Of a stretch of 28,400 nt of DNA, positions 9,625 through 16,330 are shown one piece after another (the first letter of the stretch is position 1; each line of letters opens with the position of its first letter). Under the pieces are notes generated by a model. The model did no database searches, was not told the origin of the DNA, and worked only from the letters and a program-made list of their open reading frames with translations. The stretch covers positions 1-28,400 of the IMG/VR virus record IMGVR_UViG_3300017722_001183. One strand, given 5' to 3'. Position numbers and translations under genes: made by a program. The DNA comes from a virus (lineage: Duplodnaviria; Caudoviricetes).

Positions 9625-9912
9625 ATGAAATACATCGTCGTTGACGCTGACGGGCTGATTACTAACGCAATCGAATGGGACGGCGAGGCCGAGTGGTCGC
9701 CACCGGAGGGCCAGACCGCCATTCAGTCGGAAGATGGCGCGCCGGGTGACTCGTACATCGACGGCGCGGTCGTCCCTGCTCCCATCCCGGAGCCGGAGCC
9801 GGAGCCGGAGCCGGTACCTGAGCCGGAGCCGGAGCCGAAGTTTGAGGAACTGGTCGCGCAGGCGTCGTCGTTTGCCGACCTGAAGCGGCTCGTGGCCGAG
9901 AAACTGGCATGA
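9625..9912 (+). CDS. small fibre-associated protein (possible fibre chaperone) with Pro-Glu repeat
   Basis: Starts MKYIVVDADGLITNAIEWDG..W.PP, directly after the Gly-rich fibre. CCGGAG hexamer run at 9787-9837. Confidence 0.6.
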   Translation: MKYIVVDADGLITNAIEWDGEAEWSPPEGQTAIQSEDGAPGDSYIDGAVVPAPIPEPEPEPEPVPEPEPEPKFEELVAQASSFADLKRLVAEKLA

Positions 9913-10136
9913 GCAGCGAAGCCGCGATGCTGATCACGCAGGTATGCAGCGCCGTCCTCGGCGTGGCTGCGGTGCTGGCGCTTATCGCGAAGGTCGTCCT
10001 GACGCCGCGCATCCGTGAGGTAGATTTGGCGTTGGCTCGCATCGAAGCGCACCTCGCGGCTATCAACGGCAGCGTGGGCCGGATTAGCGAGTGGCAGCGG
10101 CAACACGAGTTGGAGCACGCGAGGGGGGAACGATGA
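9909..10136 (+). CDS. membrane protein of lysis cassette (holin/antiholin-like)
   Basis: One N-terminal hydrophobic helix plus a short coiled coil. ATGA overlap with the peptidase gene. Confidence 0.55.
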   Translation: MSSEAAMLITQVCSAVLGVAAVLALIAKVVLTPRIREVDLALARIEAHLAAINGSVGRISEWQRQHELEHARGER

Positions 10137-10825
10137 CGGTTCTGTTTCCGAATACCAAGTACGACCCGGTCGGCGGCGCGTGGGGGTTGGGCACCGTGTC
10201 CGGGTATCCGTGCGCTGGTGACGTATCCAGCCTGTTCGGGGCCACCGACATGGACTTGCACTCCGAAGGCCATAACGGTACTGATATTGCGGCGGGTCAG
10301 GGGACGCCGATCCTCGCTCCCTGCGACATGCTGATTACCGACGTGTTCTCACTCGCCATCGAGGGCGACCCAGAGTGGGACGAGTTCAAGCGACTGTTCG
10401 GCAATTCGGTGTGGGCCACCATCGGGCTGTCTGACGGCACAGGCTACCGCACTATGTTCGCGCACATGGCCGAGGCTCCCAGCGTTTACGAGGGGCAGGC
10501 CGTCGAAGCCGGGACGTTGCTCGGTGTCGTCGGCGACACCGGGATGGCGGAGGGGCCGCACCTCCACTGGACGCTCGGGCCGTTGGAGAATCGCTGGCTT
10601 GCTCGGAACGCTGGGAACGTCGAGGTGCTCGACTACTGCGGCGATGGCGACACCATCGTGCTGACGGCGGATGCGTGGGTTGAGTCAGGTGCCACGGATG
10701 TGGCGAACCCGGTGGTCGCGCCGACTGGCTCGGGGCAGATCATTGAAGACAAGCACGCGACAGCACTCAAGGCGCTACAAGACGCACGAGCGGCAATCGA
10801 CCGCGCTACTGCGGCTATGTACTAG
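10133..10825 (+). CDS. M23-family metallopeptidase endolysin
   Basis: HNGTD (HxxxD), GTPILAP, FAHM, V.AG..LG.VG.TG...GPHLH (HxH). Confidence 0.85.
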   Translation: MTVLFPNTKYDPVGGAWGLGTVSGYPCAGDVSSLFGATDMDLHSEGHNGTDIAAGQGTPILAPCDMLITDVFSLAIEGDPEWDEFKRLFGNSVWATIGLSDGTGYRTMFAHMAEAPSVYEGQAVEAGTLLGVVGDTGMAEGPHLHWTLGPLENRWLARNAGNVEVLDYCGDGDTIVLTADAWVESGATDVANPVVAPTGSGQIIEDKHATALKALQDARAAIDRATAAMY

Positions 10826-10834
10826 GAGGTTCAG

Positions 10835-11035
10835 ATGAAGCCAATCCGTGATGCGGTAGTAACCGGCGCACCGGCTACGCTCGTGATGAGTGTGCTGCTG
10901 GAGCAGGGCGTGCCGACCGCCACAGCCACGCTGCTGTCGGTGCTAGCGGCAGCAGGTGCATCGCTGGTGTACCGCTGGGTGCGGGCGCGCTGGCCGTGGC
11001 TGCTGGCGGTGGACGCTCCGACAGGATTCAAGTAG
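10835..11035 (+). CDS. putative holin
   Basis: 66 aa with two hydrophobic segments and a basic C-terminal patch (YRWVRAR). RBS AGGAGG. Follows the endolysin. Confidence 0.55.
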   Translation: MKPIRDAVVTGAPATLVMSVLLEQGVPTATATLLSVLAAAGASLVYRWVRARWPWLLAVDAPTGFK

Positions 11036-12049
11036 ATGGCTTTCAAGTTGCCAAAACTCAAGGCACCCAAGACGCCGACCCTCGGCAACTGGTGGGACGA
11101 CGTGGTGGACGGCGTGACCGACGCGGAGAAGGCGGCAGAGAAGGCGGCAAAGGATGCCGCTGACGCCGTGGCGAAGGCTGCGACCGACGCGGCGAACGCT
11201 GCGGCGAAGGCAGCGCAGGACGCGCTAGACGAGGCTGCGCGGCTCGCGCAGGAGGCGGCGGACGAAGCCGCACGACTGGCGAAGGAGGCGGCTGACGCGG
11301 CTCAGGCTGCGGCTGACGCCATCGAGAAGGCAGCGACCGACGCGGCGCAGGCGGTGACCGACATCACCAACGCGGCGGTGGCCTCGGCTGCGAACGTGCT
11401 CGATATGAGCGTGGACGCGGTCAACGCTGGCATCGATGGCTGCATCAAGGACATCAACGAGACGGTGCTGGAGCCGGTAGCGAAGGCGTCCGTGGACGCG
11501 CTGGGCGATGCGGCTGCTGCGGTCAACCTCGCGGTGGACGAGTTCGAGGCGGGCTGCATCGTTGCGGCGGTGGCGATCGAGGCCGGTGCGGTAAAGGTGG
11601 AGCAGGGGCTGGTCGAGATCGGCGAGTACCTCGAATCGCACGCCTGCAACATCGCTCTCGGCGGCCTGATCACCGGAGCGTTTGCGGGGATGCTCAACAA
11701 CCCGGCGACTGAGGCCGAGACGACTGCCATGTTCGCACCGCTCTCGGCGGCGACCGCTGCCACGATGGTGGCCTCGGCTGTCGAGGAGGTGGCGTACCGC
11801 GCGGTGTCCGCGACGATTGCATCGGCGATGGTCGAGGTGGTGTGGGTTATCCCCGAGGTTCGCAAGGGCGTCGGCAAGAGCAAGGACACGCTCGTCGCGT
11901 CGGTCGCGTTCCTGATTCAGTGCATGGTGCAGACGACCCCGTGGGCGCTGCTCAGTCCGCAGACCGCGAGCGTGGCCGTGGCTGGGCTGGTAGGCTACGT
12001 GGTATCAAGCCTTGTTTGTGACGGCACTCTGCCGGGTATGGAGTCCTAA
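11036..12049 (+). CDS. hypothetical Ala-rich coiled-coil protein with hydrophobic C-terminal helices
   Basis: 337 aa. AxxAAxDAA heptad-like repeats at about aa 30-125, hydrophobic helices and Cys residues in the C-terminal half. Confidence 0.75.
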   Translation: MAFKLPKLKAPKTPTLGNWWDDVVDGVTDAEKAAEKAAKDAADAVAKAATDAANAAAKAAQDALDEAARLAQEAADEAARLAKEAADAAQAAADAIEKAATDAAQAVTDITNAAVASAANVLDMSVDAVNAGIDGCIKDINETVLEPVAKASVDALGDAAAAVNLAVDEFEAGCIVAAVAIEAGAVKVEQGLVEIGEYLESHACNIALGGLITGAFAGMLNNPATEAETTAMFAPLSAATAATMVASAVEEVAYRAVSATIASAMVEVVWVIPEVRKGVGKSKDTLVASVAFLIQCMVQTTPWALLSPQTASVAVAGLVGYVVSSLVCDGTLPGMES

Positions 12050-12426
12050 TGACGACCGTGTTCCAGATCAACAATGAAACCGACCTCGCCTTCACGGTGA
12101 TTGACTCGGTTCGCGGGTACATCGGCGGCAGCGCGGACGGGAACCCGTTCACGTACACCTACGACAACACGGCTGACGCGGCCATCACGGTGTCGTGGTC
12201 GCAGGGCGACCTGCCTGTTACCAACAGCCTGTTCTCGTGGACGGCGAGCAACATCTTCGCCGCGACGGGCTACGCCGCGCCGTTCCGGTTCGAGGGCGAC
12301 GTCTACTCCGTGCCGGGTAACGAGTCGATGTGGGAGTGCGCCAGCGGCGCGAACGTCAACATCACACCGGGCGACAGCCTCAGCGGGGCTGACGGCGGAT
12401 TCCGGGTGCAGGTCAACCGAGCCTAG
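12049..12426 (+). CDS. hypothetical beta-rich protein
   Basis: 125 aa, coupled by TAATG to the previous gene. Rich in aromatic residues, Thr and Asn. Confidence 0.7.
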   Translation: MTTVFQINNETDLAFTVIDSVRGYIGGSADGNPFTYTYDNTADAAITVSWSQGDLPVTNSLFSWTASNIFAATGYAAPFRFEGDVYSVPGNESMWECASGANVNITPGDSLSGADGGFRVQVNRA

Positions 12427-12447
12427 CAACTGACAAGACATAGAAGT

Positions 12448-12623
12448 CTACTCAGGCGCTGTAACCCGTCGATTGCATTGGCCTAGATGGGTTTGCGGCA
12501 CTGGCTGGGGAGAAAGTGCCGCGCTTGCAATGGGCGGGTTCCAGCGCCTGAGTAGCAAATACGCAAGGTCATTGCGACCTAAAAGACTTTGACTGAAACT
12601 TTCCCGCAAGCGGCCAGTGTCGC
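12448..12623 (+). ncRNA. candidate structured ncRNA
   Basis: Perfect 14-bp stem 12448-12461/12542-12555. Nested stems 12463-70/12533-40, 12472-77/12526-31 and 12495-502/12515-22. Long-range pairing 12495-507/12611-23. G-U pairs favour the + strand. Confidence 0.55.
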
Positions 12624-12633
12624 TCTAGCGTTG

Positions 12634-12722
12634 AAATAACCCAAAATAAACCTTGAAATCGCTTCTAACCGGCTTGACAACCGGTTTTAGCATGCGATAA
12701 TTACTTTAGTAAACGAGACGAC
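12634..12722 (+). promoter_or_regulatory. early promoter repeat copy 1
   Basis: A-rich tract, TTGACA 12674-79, 16-bp spacer, TGC-GATAAT (hexamer 12696-701), TTACTTTAGTAA, AACGAGACGAC. Confidence 0.9.
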
Positions 12723-12742
12723 ACAGCGAAGGGGCCACTCCA

Positions 12743-12922
12743 ATGATTACGAACAAGCAGGTCAACCGCTGGCACCGCATCGCCGAGCAGGAGGAGTGGA
12801 TCGAAGATCACGGCTCCGACCTCGCCGGGTACATCGCCCGTTACGAGGGCTACGGCAACGGCGGCGCGGCAATCTACGCTGCCGACCTCGCCCGCCTCGC
12901 CTCCATCGTCGCAGCCAAGTAG
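12743..12922 (+). CDS. small hypothetical protein (59 aa, below ORF-track cutoff)
   Basis: MITNKQVNRWHRIAEQEEWIEDHGSDLAGYIARYEGYGNGGAAIYAADLARLASIVAAK*. RBS AAGGGG, first gene after repeat 1, GC3-rich codons. Confidence 0.75.
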   Translation: MITNKQVNRWHRIAEQEEWIEDHGSDLAGYIARYEGYGNGGAAIYAADLARLASIVAAK

Positions 12923-12948
12923 GAAGCCTGTTGGTTTAGCGCGGTCGA

Positions 12949-13005
12949 GCGTCCGCCCGAGTCTCCGGATTCGGACGGATGCGCGAACGGGTTAGATGAT
13001 CCGTT
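12949..13005 (+). other. two stem-loops, the first with a C(UCCG)G tetraloop
   Basis: Stems 12949-55/12976-82 and 12957-63/12968-74 with loop TCCG. Second hairpin AACGGGT/ATCCGTT at 12986-13005. Confidence 0.5.
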
Positions 13006-13038
13006 GGTTGAATGAGACGACGACGAAGGAGATACGAA

Positions 13039-14010
13039 ATGGCACACGGTATCACTGCTCAGGATCGTGTGGGGTACAGCACAGGTACGCCGTGGCACGG
13101 ACTTGGCATCGAGGTTGGGGCTGCACTTACGGGCGACGCGATGCTTGAGGCCACGGGGCTGACTTGGGCGGTTGAGAAACGCGCTACATACGTCCGACGT
13201 CCTGACGGCACGGATGCAGCGACCGGCTACTACGCTACCGTCCGCACGGACACAGACGCAGTGCTCGGCAACGTTTCTGCGGGATACACGGTCGTTCAGC
13301 GCGCCGCGTTGGTCGAGTTCATGGATAGCCTCGTGCAGGACGGGCAGATGCGCTACGACGTGGTCGGTACTTTGTTTGGTGGCAAGCGCGAATGGCTGCT
13401 CGCGGTGATGGATGAGGACTACCGCATTGGCGACGAGCCGTGGAAGCGTTACCTGTTGGGCCTCAACTCCTACGACGGGTCGACGGGGGTTGTGATCAAG
13501 TCGGTCAACGAGCGCGCTGTTTGCGCCAATACGATTGCAATGGGGTTGAGCGAGGTTGGAATCTCATCGAAGATTTACCACACCGGGAACGTCTCAGCCC
13601 GCATGGCCGACGCCGCAAAGGTTCTGGAGATCAACACGGCTTCAGGCCGCCGCCTCAAGGAGATGTTGGAAAGGGCCATGCTGACCGCTGCTCCTGCCGG
13701 GATGGTAGACGAGACAGTTGAAGACATTTTTGGCAAGGCCGAGGACTTTGGTGGTTATACCAATGGTTGGAAGATGCGGTGGGAACAGAATGTAGAGCGG
13801 TTCCGCGCTGAGTTTCTTGCCACTGAGGTCGGCCTAAATGGGCAAACGGTCTACAGCGTTCTTCAGGCGACCACCGGGTGGGTTGACCACGCGATGCGCT
13901 ACACGGGCGACAACAAGGCTGACAGGCGGTTTAGTAGCAGCCTGCTCGGTGGTCGCGGCATGCTTATCAAGGGCAACGCAATGGCGCGCGTCAAGGAACT
14001 CGTGGCATAG
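13039..14010 (+). CDS. DUF932-family phage/plasmid protein
   Basis: MAH...TPWHGLG, L.W.V.K, VRTDT..VLG.VS..Y.VVQ, NSYDGS and R.VC.NT motifs. RBS AAGGAG. Confidence 0.85.
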   Translation: MAHGITAQDRVGYSTGTPWHGLGIEVGAALTGDAMLEATGLTWAVEKRATYVRRPDGTDAATGYYATVRTDTDAVLGNVSAGYTVVQRAALVEFMDSLVQDGQMRYDVVGTLFGGKREWLLAVMDEDYRIGDEPWKRYLLGLNSYDGSTGVVIKSVNERAVCANTIAMGLSEVGISSKIYHTGNVSARMADAAKVLEINTASGRRLKEMLERAMLTAAPAGMVDETVEDIFGKAEDFGGYTNGWKMRWEQNVERFRAEFLATEVGLNGQTVYSVLQATTGWVDHAMRYTGDNKADRRFSSSLLGGRGMLIKGNAMARVKELVA

Positions 14011-14020
14011 CAGGGCCGAG

Positions 14021-14048
14021 GCCACCGGAGCAATAGTGCTCCGGTGGC
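14021..14048 (+). terminator. perfect 12-bp hairpin directly upstream of repeat copy 2
   Basis: GCCACCGGAGCA-ATAG-TGCTCCGGTGGC. It lacks a U-tract. Confidence 0.55.
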
Positions 14049-14050
14049 TG

Positions 14051-14140
14051 AAAATAACCCAAATAAACCCTGAAATCGTGTCTAACCGGCTTGACAACTT
14101 GTGCTGGGCATGCGATAATTACTTTAGTAAACGAGACGAC
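14051..14140 (+). promoter_or_regulatory. early promoter repeat copy 2
   Basis: TTGACA 14091-96, 17 bp, GATAAT 14114-19, TTACTTTAGTAA, AACGAGACGAC. Confidence 0.9.
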
Positions 14141-14158
14141 GCAGCACAGGAGGACACG

Positions 14159-14377
14159 ATGACCGATTGGAATGCATACAAGGCTACCGCTGGCGAACGG
14201 TACGAGATCAGTGACGAGTATTGCGGGGTTGCTCACTACCTCCCTCGCAAGGCCGATGCTATCTCGTTCGCGGAACGTCACTACGCCAGTCACGCCATTG
14301 ACGGCGACCCCGACACCACCGTCACAGTCTACGACCGCATGGGGCGCGTCGGAGGCCGGATCATCTACACCTGCTAA
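14159..14377 (+). CDS. small hypothetical protein
   Basis: MTDWNAYKATAGERYEI..., RBS AGGAGG, first gene after repeat 2. Confidence 0.75.
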   Translation: MTDWNAYKATAGERYEISDEYCGVAHYLPRKADAISFAERHYASHAIDGDPDTTVTVYDRMGRVGGRIIYTC

Positions 14378-14438
14378 CGCACACCGAGCCGGAGCGGCTC
14401 CCCGGCAGCACGCGACGACACAGCGCAGGAGACCATCA

Positions 14439-14669
14439 ATGACCAGCAAGACGAACCGATACGAGGAACTCGATCGCGCCACCCGCATGGTGGTCGACCA
14501 CATGATCAACGCATTGGCCTCATGGCCCGGCACCGCACGCGATGCCGCCCTTGCCGCCAGCCTGACCGTTGCTGAGTATAACGACGCCTACGCTGCCACC
14601 CTCGACGCCGCCCTGACCGTTGCTGGTTTAGATAATCGCATGGACAAAGCCGGTGGGAAGGTTCTATGA
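14439..14669 (+). CDS. small hypothetical protein
   Basis: MTSKTNRYEELDRATRM..., RBS AGGAG, internal duplication CCTGACCGTTGCTG. Confidence 0.7.
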   Translation: MTSKTNRYEELDRATRMVVDHMINALASWPGTARDAALAASLTVAEYNDAYAATLDAALTVAGLDNRMDKAGGKVL

Positions 14670-14675
14670 TGACAA

Positions 14676-14797
14676 AGCGCCGGGGCTTCGTCTCCTCGGT
14701 TGCGCGAGTCTCCTCTCTGGCACCGGCCCGCAAGGGTACGAGTCAACAGGGCGTCTCGTCTCGTTGCACGAACGCCGCCGCAAGGCGGCGTTTGTGT
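14676..14797 (+). ncRNA. candidate antisense sRNA ending in a GCAA-tetraloop terminator-like hairpin
   Basis: Hairpins CCGGGG/CCTCGG, GCCC-GCAA-GGGT (14726-37) and GCACGAACGCCGCC-GCAA-GGCGGCGTTTGTGT (14766-97). Contains CGTCTCCT, AGTCTCCT and CGTCTCGTT tracts. Confidence 0.45.
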
Positions 14798-14956
14798 GTC
14801 CACCGTGATATATTTAGACAACGAGACGTTGCACGAAGGGAGACTGAAATGAAACACAATCGCGAAGCATTGTCCGATGACGCCTGAAACCTGCTCCGTC
14901 AGGTTCTGCTAGATGACGTTGTTCAACATCAATCAGGTTTCAAGTAGAGGGGGCGC

Positions 14957-15433
14957 ATGATGGCTTTTGCAGATGAATATGTGGACGTGGCGGAGCGGGT
15001 TCGGCAGTTCGTAGAGAGATACCCCGGGGGTTCGCTCCAATCGGAGATCGTGGAAATGAGCGAGACGCGTGTGGTAATCCGTGCTTATGCGTACAGGGAC
15101 AGCGACGACACACGGCCCGGCATCGGGCATTCGCAACTCGCAATCCCCGGTCGCACCAACTTCACCCGTGGCTCGGAGATTGAGAACGCTGAGACTTCGG
15201 CATGGGGTCGTGCGCTCGCTGCGCTTGGATTTGCTACGAAATACATCGCCACCCGCGACGAGGTGGAAATGAAGCAGGGGCCATCTAAGCCTCGCATCGA
15301 AGCGCACCTCGCGGCTATGCCTGATAGCCGCACCTGTTCGGTGCATGATGGAGTTGCACTCACACTCAGCAAGCGCACTCAGCGGTGGGGGCACGTTTTG
15401 GCTGACGGCACCGCCTGCGTCGAGGAGGAATAA
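14957..15433 (+). CDS. putative single-strand annealing protein (Rad52/Sak/ERF-like fold)
   Basis: YVDVAERV..F...YP.G and ENAETSAWGRALAALG motifs. Directly upstream of ssb. Confidence 0.65.
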   Translation: MMAFADEYVDVAERVRQFVERYPGGSLQSEIVEMSETRVVIRAYAYRDSDDTRPGIGHSQLAIPGRTNFTRGSEIENAETSAWGRALAALGFATKYIATRDEVEMKQGPSKPRIEAHLAAMPDSRTCSVHDGVALTLSKRTQRWGHVLADGTACVEEE

Positions 15434-15834
15434 TGCTCAACATCATTATGTTGGTCGGGCGTCTCGGTAAGCCTGCGGAGATGGCATACAGCGCGAACGG
15501 AACAGCCGTTACTAAGTTCAGCATCGCTACTGATGACGGCTGGGGCGAAAACAAGACCACGACTTGGCACAACATCGTTACGTTCCAGAAGACCGCCGAA
15601 GCGTGCGCTCAGTATTTAGATAAGGGCTCGCTGGTCGCGGTGGTGGGGCGTCAGTCGCATCGCAAGTACGAAGACAAGGCTGGGCAGACGAAATACTTTG
15701 CTGAGGTGGTTGCGGAGCGCGTCCAGTTCCTCGACAGCAAGGGTGATCGTGGCGAGCGCGGCGGATTCAACCCCGGTGAGCATGTCGGAGCCGATGGAGA
15801 AGGTGACATCGACCCAAATGACCTGCCGTTCTAA
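15433..15834 (+). CDS. ssb: single-stranded DNA-binding protein
   Basis: N.I.LVGRLG, FSIAT, TTWHNIV.F...AE....L.KG.LV.V.GR, and an acidic tail ending DLPF. Confidence 0.95.
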   Translation: MLNIIMLVGRLGKPAEMAYSANGTAVTKFSIATDDGWGENKTTTWHNIVTFQKTAEACAQYLDKGSLVAVVGRQSHRKYEDKAGQTKYFAEVVAERVQFLDSKGDRGERGGFNPGEHVGADGEGDIDPNDLPF

Positions 15835-15850
15835 TGATTGAGAATGAGTA

Positions 15851-16006
15851 ATGAACGAGAAGAAGCACGGTGTGGTAGTGACTAATGCTCGTATGCAGCC
15901 ATTCTCCGTCTGGGTGGACGGTGAGGTCGTGCTGTTCACGGCATCGCGCGAGGAGGCCGACGCGAAACTGTGGGCCGAGGAGAAGCGCATGAAGGTGAAG
16001 CGGTGA
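15851..16006 (+). CDS. small hypothetical protein (51 aa)
   Basis: MNEKKHGVVVTNARMQPFSVWVDGEVVLFTASREEADAKLWAEEKRMKVKR*. GTGA overlap with the next gene. Confidence 0.6.
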   Translation: MNEKKHGVVVTNARMQPFSVWVDGEVVLFTASREEADAKLWAEEKRMKVKR

Positions 16007-16209
16007 GCACCACAGCGAAACTAACAATCGTCCAGCAGAGCGTCCTCGGGGCGGTGAGCGACGACTGGCGCAGCACGCGAGAGGTCAGCGATATTGCTGG
16101 TGTCGAGTCCATGAACGTGCTTTCGGCGCTTTACGTTCGCCGTTTGGTTGAGCGAAGGAGAATTGAACCTAACCGGATAGCCCTTGAGTGGCGATCTAGT
16201 CGTGTATAA
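16003..16209 (+). CDS. small winged-helix DNA-binding protein
   Basis: GTG start. LT..QQ.VL.A....W.STREVS..AG......LS.L..R.LVERR pattern. Confidence 0.55.
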   Translation: MSTTAKLTIVQQSVLGAVSDDWRSTREVSDIAGVESMNVLSALYVRRLVERRRIEPNRIALEWRSSRV

Positions 16210-16330
16210 TGTCATTCTGGCGGGCCGGGTGGCGCAATCACCCGGCATCGTCAGACCCGATTGCGCCGGGGAGCATGGAACCGAAACGATACGGCTCCCG
16301 CGTCCCCAAAAGGATTGAGGAGCCGTTTCT
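16205..16330 (+). promoter_or_regulatory. candidate promoter and structured 5' leader of replication operon
   Basis: TATAAT at 16205-10. Hairpin 16216-55 whose loop is complementary to 16260-66. Anti-SD ACGGCTCC (16291-98) can pair with GGAGCCGT (16319-26). Confidence 0.5.

Noticed and set aside
16216-16310. HDV-like/theta ribozyme
   Set aside because: P1-, P3- and P4-like helices can be drawn, but no P2 partner or J4/2 catalytic strand fits.
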